DNA from: Eledone cirrhosa
Lineage: Eukaryota
Assembly (NCBI GenBank): GCA_964016885.1
Contig: OZ024743.1
Span: forward strand, 265,422,001-265,486,000
DNA length: 64,000 nucleotides
Reading direction: 5' to 3'
Each line of letters begins with the position of its first letter. The first letter of the stretch is position 1. A program made the position numbers and the translations under genes. Below the pieces are notes generated by a model. It was given only the letters and a program-made list of their open reading frames with translations. It was not told the origin of the DNA and searched no databases. Of this stretch, positions 13,701 through 27,780 are shown in pieces.

Positions 13701-16248
13701 AAGCCCGTATGGCGAGATCCAAGCCTCTCAGAAAAAGGATGACCCCCCCCCCCCCCCCCCTCCAATCCTGGACGGCTGGGAAATGCGTATAGATCGTAGC
13801 CGCCGAAGATCGTTGCAAAGGCTCGTGCTTCGGTGATTCTGGCTTCGCTGATGGCCACCACATCTATGTTTAGTGAAACTGCTTCAAAATGACCCCAGGC
13901 CACGTGCATTTATGTTTCCTTTCTGAGTAAGGCCATGTTGGATGAGAAACGGGGCAAGTGAGAAAGGGTCACTTACCTAGATTATGTGGTGAAGGGACAG
14001 TAGAACTGTCCCTTTTGCTGGTCATGGGTGTTTTCAAGAGGATGTCAGTGTATATCCTCTTGGTAACCGACCCTCTGAAGTCTCCAACTGCGTTGGGGAA
14101 TTTTTGTTTTAAAGGTTTGTACTGTTCTATTGAGATTTCGCTGATGCTTCTGTTTGTCGGGAGAGTTCTTGGTGTTGGTGGGGTGTAGTAGTTTTTTTCT
14201 GTGATGTCTGTGTGCTGCTTTATATATTGTATGAGTTCATTTTTGCTATGTTTATGGCTGTGACTTTTTGGGGGGAGAGGGGATTTTGTTGCTGTTTTCT
14301 TCTTATTGCTGTTTGGTGTGTGTGTCTTGTTGTGTTTGCGTTGTTGGTGTTTTTGGTGATGCTTGTTGTGGTGTGGTTGTTGTTGTCAGTGGTGCTTGTG
14401 GTGGTGATGGTGGTGGTGTTGCTGCAAGAATCCTTGCTGCCTTTAGCCCTCTTTGTATGCCTTATCTTTTGGAGTGTGAATCTAAAGGTTTTTTTGTGGG
14501 GGGGGGGGGGTTGTGGCAGACCGTTTGCCACTTCACTCCCGCCTCAAACTCCATGTCGGATTCTGTGGCGTCTGGGAGGGGTATGTGCTCTACGGCTCTT
14601 GGTGGTGGTAGTGGAGCCCACTTCAGCAATTTTGTTGCTGGTGTAGCTACTTCAAATGTAGCTATTGGTGTTCCCGCCACTGATGATGCTGCTTTAGTTG
14701 TCCGTGGCCTTGGTACGGGTGTTACGGGCGTTGCCTTCCTACTCACCGTGGAAGGGGCTTCTTCGTTTGTTGCCTGTCCTGCTCTTGGTAGCAGCGGACC
14801 AGATATTGGAAGGAGAGGAGCCTTCTTCGCCGTCTTCTGCGGGCAAAAGGCCCTGAGGTGACCCTTCGACCCACAGAGATAACATTTTGGCTATCTTCCT
14901 TCTACACTTAAAGGGAGTTGAAGTCCTTCCACGATGTCTATGATATCGGGGATAGCGTCGAGACATTCCTGGTCAGTTTGTATAAGAATTTGCATGCCTA
15001 TACCTGACCAGTTCTCTTTCCCTATTTTTTCTACTTGCAGCATGGTCGTCCTGTTCTCGATTCCAGCAAGGACACACGCGGCCAGCCAAGGTATGGGCAC
15101 ATCGGGTGGGACCTGGGTCACTTTGACCCTCACAATTTTCTGCCCGCAGTAGGAGGGCACCTCACTCTTTACGGTTTCCAAAGAGTGAGACTTTTCTTCC
15201 TGGGGGGTGGCGATAAGTACGTCTACTGAGTCGTACTTTCTGCCTCGGGTGATGTGGGTATTGCGTGCCCAGACGCACCCCAAGGCCGTTGGGATTTGAG
15301 CCTCCATGGCTCTCTCCACACGATGTGAGATTATTCTTATGGTGCGGTATGTCACCATCCGTAGCTGCAGGTCCTTGAAAAAATCGGATGGAGGTTTCAG
15401 GGAGACTCTATTTGCGCTTCATGTCACCATGGCCCTTGCGACTGCCATATCCTCCTCTGTGACTAACACTGTCTCGATATTTCGGGCGACACCTGCAAAA
15501 GAAGTGCTCCCTTTTTCAGCAGCACCACTATTGCTGCCACTACTGATCCTACTGGTATCGGTGTCACTGTTGTTGTTTTCGTTGGTACAGTTGTTGGTGG
15601 TGTTGTTGTTGTTTTCGTTGATACTGTGGCTGTTGTTACTGTTATTGTGGCTGTTTTTATTATTGTTGTTTTTGTTGATACTGTTCCTACTATTATTGTT
15701 GTTGTGGCTGTTGTTATTGTCATTGTTATTGTCGTTCTTGACCTTACCGCTGTTATTTTTTATATTGCCGTTCTCGACTTTACCGCCGTTATTTTCGTTG
15801 TTGCTGTTGTTATTAATGGTGCTGTTGTTGGTGTTGTTGTTGGTGGTGTTATTGTTGGTGTTGTTTGTGTTAGAAATATTTGTTAATTTTAAATCTGTAA
15901 CAATCTTCTTTTCCTTTGTAATATTTTCGTTTATATTTGCCTCCGCTGGAACGCTGTCTTGTTGACATGCTGATAAAGTCTCCCTCTCTCTGTGATGTCT
16001 GACAGCACTCTCTCTCTCTTTCTTGTGTTATCCATGTTGAAATTTTTCAACAAAATATGTTTACACAAATACGAATACGACACCCCGTAAAAGGGGTGCC
16101 GTATTATTTACGAGTGAGTCCCTGTATTAGGTGGGTCACTTCTTCTACACTTTTATCAAATTTAAAACTTGAATAAAAAGTTTAGAACGGTTGAAAACGA
16201 GGTAAAACGTTGAAAAAAACTGGAGGCGACAAGAAGCGTGGCTTCACC
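10772..16248 (-). mobile_element. Tx1/L1-clade LINE copy 2, with both ends, ORF1 and a decayed ORF2
   Basis: ORF1 has a Thr/Asn-rich N-terminus and a CYLCGSKGHLRAFC knuckle. ORF2 runs from ~13937 with APE (SEAR, VYAP; deletion at ~13575), RT ([19 protein letters not shown]) and CPRC..H..C. Flanks are (AAT)6 and (AAC)4(AAT)8. Confidence 0.92.
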
Positions 16249-16284
16249 AACAACAACAACAATAATAATAATAATAATAATAAT

Positions 16285-17229
16285 ATACGTGACTGATAGT
16301 AAGGAGCCAATGCTCAGAATTGTACTGAAGGAGAGGACAATAGACCAGGGGATGCCCAAGGAGGAAATAACAACAAGGAGAAAGAGCAGCCTTCATGAAA
16401 AATCCCTTCATAGTACCTTCTTTGAGAAAACTGAATTCAGAGATCCACAGACATGGAACTGGTTGAAGAGAGGAGACCTTAAAAAGGCTACAGAAGGAAT
16501 GCTAATGGCTGCGCAAGAGCAGGCCCTCAAAACGAAGTGGTTGAAACACCATATTTACAAGGAGGAGGCTAGCCCACTGTGCAGGATCTGTGGAGAGAGA
16601 GAGAGGAGACTGTGGCTCACATTGTATCCGAGTGTAAACACCTAGCCCAGACTCACTATAAGGGCTGGAGACATGATGTGATGGGCATGGTTATCCACTG
16701 GCACCTATGCAAAGTAAACAATTTACCACATTCTGAGAAGTGGTATGAGCATAAGCCAGAGGCGGTGATAGAAAACGATCAGGTGAAGGTGCTGTGGGAT
16801 TTTAGGATACAGACGGACAAGAAACTTGAACACAATAGACCTGACTTGGTGGTTTTGGACAAGGAAACAAGATCGTGCCTGATTGTGGATGTGGCCTGCC
16901 CATTCGACACGAGAGTGCAAGAGAAGGAGAGGGAGAAAATTAACCGATACCAGGACTTAAAGTGGGAGGTAAAAAGGATTTGGAACTGCCATGAAGTCAA
17001 AGTCGTCCCGATTGTCATAGGCGCACTATGTACTATCTCAAAAAGTTTCCAGGGATGGTTAAAGAAAATTAGCCCCGCCACGCTTTTTGGAACGCTTCAA
17101 AAGGCATGCTTGCTGGGAACAGCAAGAACCCTCCGATACGTCCTGAATATCTGAGGCTGCAGGTAGTGGCTTGATATTAATTTCAACAAACTTTCCAGTT
17201 AAACTAACATCAATGAGTGAGACTCAAAG
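16285..17229 (+). mobile_element. R4/Dong-clade LINE family A, 5'-truncated (D1)
   Basis: CRIC..HIVSEC zinc knuckle, RHD motif and restriction-like endonuclease (RPD..IVDVAC..EREKINRYQDL). Stop at 17154, short 3' UTR, (AAC)n(AAT)n tail and one frameshift in an (AG)n run. Confidence 0.92.
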
Positions 17230-17238
17230 AACAACAAC

Positions 17239-17273
<35 letters not shown>

Positions 17274-17858
17274 TAATAAGGAACGCGCTGAATAACATCA
17301 TGGACGCCCATAACGAAGTTCCCCACACTATTTGAAATAAATCGAACACCATCGACAAAGCAATAATAAAAACACTACGAAAACAAAGTGGAAACATAAT
17401 TGACGAATACCAAAGAAGCCTACAAAAAATAAATTTTGTACACGGATCGTCCTTATAACATAATTTTCTACATTAAAATATCGGACCACATGAAATAGAA
17501 TATCAGCCGCGCCACTACTCAGAATTGTAAATCAAAACTAATAGAAAAACGATATATGTACGTAACAAACTCTATTGATTATATTACACATGCATGTATT
17601 ATGAACACTACGAAAAATGTACACAAAACAAACATGCAGATATACAGACGTTCGCTATTTGAACAACTATTTGAAGAAGAGAAACAGTCGTAGATCGGAC
17701 GACACGTTGCTTATTTCAGGAGTAAGTTTTGTTTAATTTGTTATTCCCTAACACGAAAATTCGACACATTATTTCACCACTTATCTCTAAAAATAATCTG
17801 ACACTGGTTGTGAGAACTGCATAAATATTTTTATATATTTACCCATTACAATCGCTGT

Positions 17859-18118
17859 TTGACTTTGCCTTTCATCCTTACGGAGTCGATAAAATAAAGT
17901 ACGAGTAATGCACTGGGTTATTGCTGGCCTTGTGCCTAAAGTAGAAACAATTATTTGAAGTGCATTGGCAGTATCGGTAGAGGGTCGGACGCCATGCTTC
18001 CTAGCATAGTTACGTCCCTTTACGATCTGAGTTCAAATCCCGCCGAGGTTGACTTTGCCTTTCATCCTTACGGGGTCGATAAAATAAAGTACCAGTAATA
18101 CACTGGTTAATTGCTGGC
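17859..18118 (+). mobile_element. Tandem SINE units (tRNA-related, octopus-type)
   Basis: ~190-bp repeat unit with B-box-like gagttcaaatcc and the core gactttgcctttcatccttacggggtcgataaaataaagtac. It recurs at 34110-34406 and in degenerate form at 37540-37690. Confidence 0.75.
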
Positions 18119-20010
18119 TCAGGTGATATTTTGAAGATGTCCAGTTATTTCAGAATCCATGAGTGCAGTATGCTGTCAAAGGCTTTTTTTATAATCGATC
18201 CATGCAGAACTGAGATGTCTGTTCTCAAGGATAATACGATTAATCAAGAGTTGATCTTTGCAACCATATGAACCTCGTCGACACCGTTTTTGTTCAATGG
18301 GGAAAAGATTGTTCTCCTCCAAAAACACGTATGTCTTTTCCATGAGAATAGAGGTTAATAATTTATAAGTGGTGGACAAGCAGGTTATGGGCCGATAGTT
18401 TTTTGGATCTTTGGTCTCGTTGTTCTTTGGTAGAATGTAGGTAATGCCACTTGCTATCCAATCAGGTGTATTTTTTGGATCTTTCATAATTCCATTATAC
18501 AACTTGACGAATATATTGTGAGTGCACGGGAGTGAGGAAAGTTATACATTTGGCACCCTGTCTCTACCAGGAGATTTCCATTTATGGGATTTATTGAGTG
18601 CTGTCCTTAATTCCGCTATAGAGATGTCTTCCCATGCCTGTTCTAAATATTTGTAGGATTTTTTCCAGGCGACTAATACAATCTACATTAGCATCATATG
18701 TCTTCTCATCATTCCAAATCTTACTCCAGAAGTGTTCAACTTATTCTATGGACACAATAATTATTTTTATCAATAATTATTTTTTCAATAATTTTTTTTT
18801 TCTTCCCTACCTCTCTATAAAATGACGTGGCATTGGATGAGAACAACTTATTTTGCCTGTAGAAGTGGTTTCGCTTCTCGTATCTATGAATTCGTTGGGC
18901 TTTTACTTGGACCTTTTCTTTCGGAGGTTCTTTTGTTGAAACTATTGCTTCTCTAGAAGACAGTCCATATTTTCTCCTTAGCTTTCTTACCTTCTTGGAT
19001 CTTATATCATTTCCAGCGTTTAACTCACTCAATAAAGATATTTCTCCTCTCATTACGTCAATCTCCCTTTCGATTCTACTCCTCCAAATTAGTTTACCTC
19101 GAAGGTTCGACATTTTTGGGGGTTTTTTTGTGGTAAACAACTTGTTTCAATTACTCTAGCAGGTGCATAAATGATATCATTTAACTCAGTAAGATCAGGT
19201 TCTAGTTATTCTATGATTTTCTTTGTCACAGAATTACCAATCATTATTTGTTTTCCATTTTGGATTGTATTTGGGAGTTTTTGAACTGGTTCTCTATCAG
19301 TTATACTAGAATGTATGCTCATTCAGTATTTTTTGCAATTCCTTCATAGTCTCCCTCTGTTCTTCAGCAGAAGTTTGGTTTTCAATTACTGTTTCTATGT
19401 CCCTCTCCTGGCTATTTTCAGCGGATTCAATAGGGCTTCTCATTTCTACAATCCTATTTGTGATTTGGTCAGATGGATGTCTTTCAGTAAAGACTTGTGA
19501 CTATCTCCAGGAGATTCTTCAGTTCTTTTATCATTTATATTTATGTCATTCTCCACAGCCTGCTTGATCGCAGTTAGTTTAGTGTCTGTGAGTCTATTAT
19601 TATGGAAGATATACCTCCTTACATTTGCCAACTTATTTCCATCCATATCAGGTCTGCTAGCTTGATTCCGAGTTTTCCAGATTTTGTAGGAGTTTAAAGT
19701 GTGCCTGGTTGTGATGGCTTACCTAATGCATAGTAATATGCATGTATTACTTCTTTATACTCTTCTCGGGTCCATTTCATCCTTTTATGTTATTCTTTTT
19801 GAGGTGGTTTGGGTGGTGGATCTGGAGGGCTCCAGTTGGGGCAATCGCGGGTCAAGTGACCATCCAGGTCCATAATTGGAGAAGAGTTTGTGCCAGAGAA
19901 GGACTTTTCGATCTGACGTTGGCACATTCCTGAGGGAGGCGCTTCCTGATTAACCATAGGAAAATCGATTTGGTATTGTGTATTAATTTGTATTTGTTCA
20001 TCTCGCAGTA

Positions 20011-20011
<1 letters not shown>
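18119..20011 (-). mobile_element. R4/Dong-clade LINE, decayed 5' half (distinct from family A)
   Basis: N-terminal KWTREEYKEVIHAYY (Myb-like) and NKLANVRR, then KSPG.D, T.ILPK, NYRPITCL, EQK.C..G..GCKDQL and WIDYKKAFDS..HSWI (early RT domains). The 5' end abuts (ATT)n. Confidence 0.85.
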
Positions 20012-20089
<78 letters not shown>

Positions 20090-20090
<1 letters not shown>

Positions 20091-20370
20091 TTTGAGTCGC
20101 AGTCATTGATGTTAGTTAACTGGAAAGTTTGTTGAAATGAATATCAAGCCACAACCTGCAGCCTCAGATATTCAGGACATATCGGAGGGTTCGTGCTGTT
20201 CCCAGCAAGCATGCCCTTTGAAGCGTTCCAAAAAGCGTGGCGGAGCCAATTTTCTTTATCCATCCCTAGAAACGTTTTGAGATAGTACCTAGTGCGCCTA
20301 TGACAATCGGGACCACTTTGATTTCATGGCAGTTCCAAATCCTTTTTACCTCCCACGTTAAGTCCTGGTA

Positions 20371-20372
<2 letters not shown>
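20090..20372 (-). mobile_element. R4/Dong family A short 3' fragment (D2)
   Basis: High identity to the 3' end and UTR of D1 and D3, with (ATT)n on both sides. Confidence 0.9.
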
Positions 20373-20411
<39 letters not shown>

Positions 20412-22189
20412 GTATTTGAGTCTCAGTCATTGATGTTAGTTAACTGGAAAGTTTGTTGAAATGAATATCAAGCCACTACCTGCAGCCTCAGATATTCAGG
20501 ACGTATCGGAGGGTTCTTCCTGTTCCCAGCAAGCATGCCTTTTGAAGCGTTCCAAAAAGCGTGGTGGGGCCAATTTTCTTTAACCATCCCTGGAAACTTT
20601 TTGAGATAGTCCCTAGTGCGCCTATGACAATCGGGATCACTTTGACATCATGGCAGTTCCAAATCCTTTTTACCTCCCACTTTAGGTCCTGGTATCGGTT
20701 AATTTTCTCCCTCGCCTTCTCTTGCACTCTCGTGTTGAATGGGCAGGCCACATCCACAATCAGGCACGATCTTTTTTCTTTGTCCACAACCACCAGATCA
20801 GGTCTATTGTGTTCAAGTTTCTTGTCCGTCTGTATCCTAAAATCCCACAGCACCTTCACCTGATCGTTTTCTATCACCGCCTCTGGCTTATGCTCATACC
20901 ACTTCTCAGAATATGGTAAATTGTTTACTTTGCATAGGTGCCAGTGGATCTCCCTGCCCATCACATCATGTCTCTAGCCCTTATAGTGAGTCTGGGCTAG
21001 GTGTTTACACTCGGATACAATGTGAGCCACAGTCTCCTCTCTCTCTCCACAGATCCTGCACAGTGGGCTAGCCTCCTCCTTGTAAATATGGTGTTTCAAC
21101 CACTTCGTTTTGAGGGCCTTCTGCTGCGCAGCCATTAACATTCCTTCTGTAGCCTTTTTAAGGTCTCCTCTTTTCAACCAGTTCCCTGTCTGTGGATCTC
21201 TAAATTCAGTTTTCACAAAGAAGGTACTATGAAGGGATTTTTCTTGAAGGATGCTCTTTCTCCTTAATGTTATTTCCTCCTTGGGCATCCCCTGGCCTAT
21301 TGTCCCCTCCTTCAGTACAGTTCTGAGCATTGGCTCCTTACTATCAGTCACGTATTTGTGTATGTTGTTTTTCTCCATCTGAACACAGTCCTCTATGCTG
21401 ATAAGACCTCTTCCACCTTCAGATCTCCTTAAGTAGAGTCTATCGACATCACTCCTCTTGTGGAACATGTTGTAGATAGTCAATAGAATCCTAGTCTTCC
21501 TATCCATTTCTTTTTGTTCAGCAACATTCCATCTCAGAATTCCCGCACTGTACCTAATAATAGACACAGCTCGGGAATTTACTGCACTTATGGCATTCCT
21601 ACTGTTCAGATGTGACTTTAATACGCTCCTTACTCTCCGAATGTATTCAGTTCTTATCAATTCCTTCATTTTTTTGTTCTTGATGTCATCAGCCTCCAGA
21701 ACACCCAAATACTTGTATCCATCTTCAGAGTCAATTTCCTTTATCATCTCACCTGTTGGTACCTGGATTCCGTTACTTCTGCTCAACTTACCCCTCTTCA
21801 TCACAATGACTCCACACTTACTAATACCAAATTGCATACATATATCATTGCTGAAAATACGGACAGTGTCAACAAGCACATCCAACTCCTTCTCACTCTT
21901 CCCGAAGAGCTTAAGATCGTCCATTAAGAGGAGGTGATTGATGGTAAGCCCTCCCTTTCCCAACCTGTATCCTGCTCTCACTTTTCGCAGTACAGTGATC
22001 AGGGGCATCAGGGTAAGGACAAACAACAGAGGGGACAGACTATCACCCTGGAAGATACCTCTCTTGATCTTCACGCTTCCCAAGTATTCTCCAGTTGATG
22101 TTAACTCTGTTTCCCAGGACTTCATACTTTTGCCCAACAACTGTCTGATGTTATCTGCCACCTTGAAGATCTCCAGGCTTTTGGTGATC

Positions 22190-22190
<1 letters not shown>
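20412..22190 (-). mobile_element. R4/Dong family A, 5'-truncated (D3)
   Basis: RT motifs GIFQGDSLSPLLF, NHLLLMDDLKL and YKYLGV, then GGRGL, a CCHC knuckle and REL. A single TAG replaces the W of KGWRHD at 20974. (ATT)n lies on both sides. Confidence 0.93.
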
Positions 22191-22247
<57 letters not shown>

Positions 22248-25200
22248 GGCGTCTTGCGGAGGAAATGGTATTATCGTGAGCTCCGCAAAGGTTTGTTGTT
22301 TTCAGATGTTTCAAATTGCCATTTATGGAAAAATTTTATTGTTAACTGTATATACGTGCACATACATTGTTATCTGAAAAGGACACCCAAAAAGATTGGG
22401 TCCTTGAGCCCAAAATTTAAACTTTTATAATTATCAAACAACATTTTTTCTTGGAAAAATCATGGGCTACCCAGCTCACTCCTTCCTCACAAACTAACAC
22501 CTCACACCGACACCACCATTGTAAATATTACTACGTTTGCTAACACTAAAAATATAAGCAGTAGCAATATTTTAAATTTGTCTCGGGCAGACATTCATTT
22601 CCCGCCATTACCAATGACTGCAGGTGTTAAAGCCGCTACCCCCACCACTACCACAGCGACAACAGAAACAAAAGAAAAAATAAATTAACTCGTGATATCG
22701 AAATGAATTCAACCAAAATGAACTCTTCCACATCGAACACCACTGACGCCACCACCACCACAACTGAAACTAAAATTAATAATAAAAAAAATAACGATAA
22801 CCACAACAGCAACAATGACATTAAGAAAACCACACTGAGTTTTGCCAGAGTAGCAAAACAGTGCGAAGCATTTCAGGTAACTCAGGAGGAATTAGAAGAA
22901 GCCCCCAAAATGGTAAAGAAAGATAGGTACAGGGTCAGCCTACCCCCCAACTAATAAAATGGGGCATGGGCGCCCCTGCACCGTGTCTTATCGAACAATT
23001 AATATAAAATCGCGCCGAGTGGAACGGGCATCCGAGGCCCAAATCCAAAAAGCTTTGGGACATGTGTGGGCAAAAAAACCACACATGAGACGTGGGCAGA
23101 ATTATGGAACCGTGGACGTGTTCTTTGAAACACCACAGGAGGCTAGAGAACACTCCATGGCCCCATTAAGAAGTGACGACTTCACACTCGTCCCAAGCTA
23201 TTGTGGCCAGAGACTCGTAAATATCAGGGTGACCCACGTTCCACCGGCCATCGAAATTCCCTGGCTAATATCTGCCGTCCTTGCCGGCATCGAAGCCAAC
23301 ACCAACATAATCGAAATAGCGAAAGAAAAGCAGCAGAACTGGTCCGGATCAGGGATGGAGCTCCTGATCCAAGCGGACCAAAAAAGCATTGAGGAGATCC
23401 CAGAGGTAATAGACGTCACTGACGGCAGCCATCTCACCGTAATCGTCGAGGGCAGAAGGCCAAGGTGTGTCGTTTGTGGTGAAAGAACCCACCTATGGGG
23501 TTTCTGCCCTCCGGCTAAAAGGTTGAGGCCACCTCTCCTACTCATCCCAGTGACTCAACCATCAACACCACCAGCAGCAGAGATGGCAGCAACAACAGAA
23601 GCAACTGTAACAGCAACAACCCCAGCACCAGTAGCAATACCAACACCACCACCACCCAACGCTTCAGAACTAGCACCAGCGCCTACACCATCCACCACTC
23701 CACAACCAAAACCAACGCCTGTGGAGGATTTTACAATCCCCGGCCTATCACAACTGGAGACAGATTGTGACGACGAGGAGTGGGGAACGGCATCAGGAAA
23801 AAAGAAATAAAGAAACCAAAATAGAAAAAAAATATCTTCCCTCCCCCTCCAAAAACAAAATACAGAGGGAAACAAATAAACTATCAAACAAAAAATTGAG
23901 GACAGATATGCCACCATCCACACCAGCATCACCGACTCCATCACCACAAACACCAACACCATCAACATCATTAACCCCAACACCACCATCACCAACACCA
24001 CAAAAGTCACCAAAAAGCGAAACAGAAACAAACCCACAACAAACACAAACAAAACAAAACAACCAAAACGATGCACACTACACAGCATTAAATTTGAACA
24101 ACAACCAATTATTACACTACATCCAACACAACACCAGCTTCACAGAAAAAGACTACACAGCAAACCAAAAGTTCACACCACCTCCACACATACAAATCAC
24201 TCGCATCACACAGAAAACGTACACGACACTAAAACAAAAATTCCCCAAAGACATCGGAGTCTTCCGACAAGCACTCTCCAGGAGGATTTATAAGGACATC
24301 CTTCCGGAGTAGGCCACAAGCAGTGAAAAGGATGGAGAAACCATCTTTCCTCTAGGAGAAGTAAGGTAAGTGGTCTTTCCCATCTTTTCCACTCCATTTC
24401 AACATGACCTCACTCAGAATAGGCAGCACAAATGCACGTGGCTTGGGGTCGTCTTGGAAGCAGGGCCACCTGCTCAACGACCTCAGGTCACTAAACATAG
24501 ATGTAGTGGCCATCAGCGAGACCAGAATCTCCGAAGCACGGGCCTTCGCACCGATCTTCAGCGGCTACGATGTGTACGCATCTCCCAGCCGTCCGGGATC
24601 GGGGTGTGGAGTTGCTGTGCTTTTTCGGAGAGGTTTGGATCTCGCCATACGGGCCATCTTCCTGGACTCAGAAGGTAAGTTGGTGGTGCTGGACGTGACC
24701 AGCGGAGACGGGCAAGCTTTCAGGCTAGTGGCCGTCTATGCCCCGACAGGAGCAGGGCGGCCTGATTTCTTCCGGTGTCTGGAGACCTTTCTTGGAACGT
24801 CCCGCTCTTTAGTGTTAGTGGGCGACTGGAACGGGATATTAGATGCACGCTGGGACTGTGTGGGAGTAAAGGGTAGGGAAGGAGGGTGCAAGAGCCTCAC
24901 CAACCTTCTCAGGCATTTTGAACTCTCTGACAGGTACCGATTGGATTTCCCGAATGTGCCAATGTGGACTTGGACAAATTGCATAGGGTCATCCAGATCA
25001 TATCTAGATAGAGTATTTTGTAGGGAAATAGATAGGTCTAGCATAGGCTGTCCACAATTCAAGATAGTCAGCTACACGGACCACAACTTCGTGACCTGTG
25101 TGCTTGACTTTGATAGGCTTCATAGACGAGGACCAGGCTACTGGAAGCTAAACGCGTCTTTACCAGTGCGCAAGGCCTACAGAGATCGGATTAGCGAACT

Positions 25201-27780
25201 AGTTAAGCGGGCGTTGAAGGAGGCCATCGTTAACAACAAGTGGTGGTTTGCTCTGAAAAGAGCAATTAGAATAGAGTCCATTAGGTTTAGTAAGGCTTTA
25301 GCAATAAAGAAAAATAGAGCAGAGGGAGAATTAGTTAGACAATTAGGCGAGGCGCTTAGCAAAGGCATCGCGACCGACGTACTTGCGGCGAAATTGGCCC
25401 TTGCCCAATTCTTCAATGCAAAGCACGAAGGCTGCGTTGTCAGAGCTAGGGTGCGTGCTCGCAGACGGGAGGCAATGACTGGCTGCACAAGGGGTAAATT
25501 GCCTGGTTTGGATTGTCTGCCCTATGAACTTTACGTACAGATGCCAGACTTGGTCGGAGGCCTCTTGGCGGACGTCTATTGCAACTGGCAACAGAACGGG
25601 AGAATTCCCAGCTCTGTGAGCCAGGAGATGTGGCGCTGCTGAGAAAGGATCCAAACAAGAGGGATAACATAGATAATTTCAGGCCCATAACTCTGCTAAA
25701 CACAGAGTTCAAGATTTTGCCCAAGGTGCTAGCAAAGAGGTTGGCGCTTGTCGTTGGTGGTCTGGTGGGAGAGGCGCAGACGTGCGCCATTCCCGACAGA
25801 TCCATCCACGACAACCTCCACCTCTTGCGATACATTGTAGAGAGGGTAGCTAGGTAACCTGACACGGGTGGGTCCTTGATCAATTTAGATCAGTCGAAAG
25901 CTTTCGAAAGGTTCGACCATCGTTACCTAGAGGCAGTCCTGAGGGCGACTGGATTTGAGCCCGTCTTCAGAGGCTGGATCGCTGCCATGCACAGCGACAT
26001 CTGCTCTGTGGTGAGAGTGAACGGTCACCTTTCCGAACCGTTCAACATCATGCGCTCGGTCCGCCAAGGATGTCCCCTCTCCTCCCTCTTGTACGTATTG
26101 AGTGTCGAGCCATTACTGCACAAACTGAAGACGTTGAGGGGGGTCCCGCGCGAACTAGGATGTGGAAGATCCGTGTCAGCATATGCGGAACATGTCAACC
26201 TAGTGGTGGCGAACCCCAAACACATCGAGGCGACCGGCACTACACTAAGAGTATACGAAGCGGTGACAGGAGAAATGATCAACCAATAAAAGTAAGTGGG
26301 CCTGCAGCTCGGCACCTGGAGAGGCAGGTCCATGCCGTCCAACTACGTCGTCCGGCGCTGGACGGACGGACCGGTTAAATTGGTTCGGTCCGAACCTCCG
26401 AACGGACAAAAACTGGGACGAGGTGACGAGCAGGGTGGCTTCTCTCACCCAGAAATGGGCCGAGAGGAAGCTATCCCTGAAACGTCGAGCGGAGTTGGCT
26501 AACGCGTACATCGCGTCCGTCATCTACTACAGCCTGGCCGTCGTACCTTATCCTAAGCCCCGCCTAACTGCGGTGGAGCGTTTGCTCTTTCGCTTTTTTA
26601 TGGAAGGGACGCGCTCCGATGGTCAGACGGTCCATCTGCTGTCAACACCCGCTACGTGGAGGACTGGGCATGCCGTGGCTGATGATGCGCAAACACGCGC
26701 TCAGGCTACGACATCTCCACCTCTTCCTCGACGGGGATCAGGTGTGGTCGCACTTTGCTAGACGCGTCTTTTCCCAGCTAATTTCCTTGACTGAGCTGCA
26801 GTCCTGGGTCAAGCGAAGACCGAGAGGGAGCGCTTGGAGACTGGAATGTCTTCAGGCGCTCACAGACCTCGACTAATCGGGCAATGTGTTCGGTGGAAAC
26901 TCCACCTCGGCGTTCTATAGAGGATTAGTGGAGGAGAAGAGCGACGACGTACTTGTGGAAACTCTAGGCGTCAACGAAAATCAACTACGCAATCTCTTCG
27001 GAAGAACTTTCCGGCCGGGGCCTATGAAAAATTTCCAGAAATCCCTAGCCTGGCAGTGCTACTGAGAAGCCTTGCTCGGGATAAACTCGACAGGCATGGA
27101 GGTGCCGTCAGCCGGGCATGTCCGAGATGCGCGCAGGGCGACGACATCTTCCTGCACGCACTCGTCCAGTGTCCGAACATTTCTGACTTGTGGGTTTATG
27201 TCGAACACCTGCTGTCGCGTGTAGGACGGATCTAGCTATCAGCTGAGTCCATCGTGAGGATTGCCCCGCCCTCTTCATTTAGCGGGGAAGGGCAGGCAGT
27301 TTTTATCTGTCTGGTGGCCATGGCGAAACAGATAGTATGGTGGACACGTCTGAAAGGGCTGAAGATGAGCACTTACCTCTTCAGTGATGCCCTGATTAAC
27401 TTTTTTAAATTTCATTTGAAAAGGAAAATCAGGGTAGAGAGGAAAGTGCTCTCTTCCCAGCATTTTGTTGAAAGATGGGTGAGAGAAGCAAGAATGACCC
27501 GAGTGGCCTACTCTTAGTATGTGTCTGTAAATTAAAGGTGGAAAACTGGGAGAGAGCACTTGCCCTGGTGGTCAGGGTCACTGTGGTCTTTTAATGGGCT
27601 TTCTCCACAAATGTCCCTCGGAAGTCTCCCCATATTGGTGAATTTTTCATTGTTATTTTTGTGTTACATCCTCTGTTTTTGTTTTTTACACGCAGAAATA
27701 CCCATTTGTGCCGTCCTGTATTGTCCTGTACTGTCCTTAATGTCTACTTTATGTAAATCCTTGTGGTTAATAAAGAAAAC
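22248..27780 (+). mobile_element. Tx1/L1-clade LINE copy 3, with both ends
   Basis: Starts GG directly after (ATT)19. ORF1 pieces 22703-24312 carry a CVVCGERTHLWGFC knuckle. ORF2 runs from ATG 24404 with APE (NARGL, SETR, VYAP, GDWN, SYLDR, YTDH), RT (RPITLLN, QGCPLS) and CPRC..H..C. There is an internal deletion at ~25465, and AATAAA precedes the (ATT)n tail. Confidence 0.93.
24404..27517 (+). pseudogene. Tx1-like ORF2 (APE endonuclease + reverse transcriptase), disrupted
   Basis: Consecutive ORF fragments show the expected motif order, broken by frameshifts and stops. Confidence 0.88.

Noticed and set aside
14212-15965. Hydrophobic 'membrane protein' ORFs on the + strand
   Set aside because: They are antisense translations of low-complexity Tx1 ORF1 linkers.
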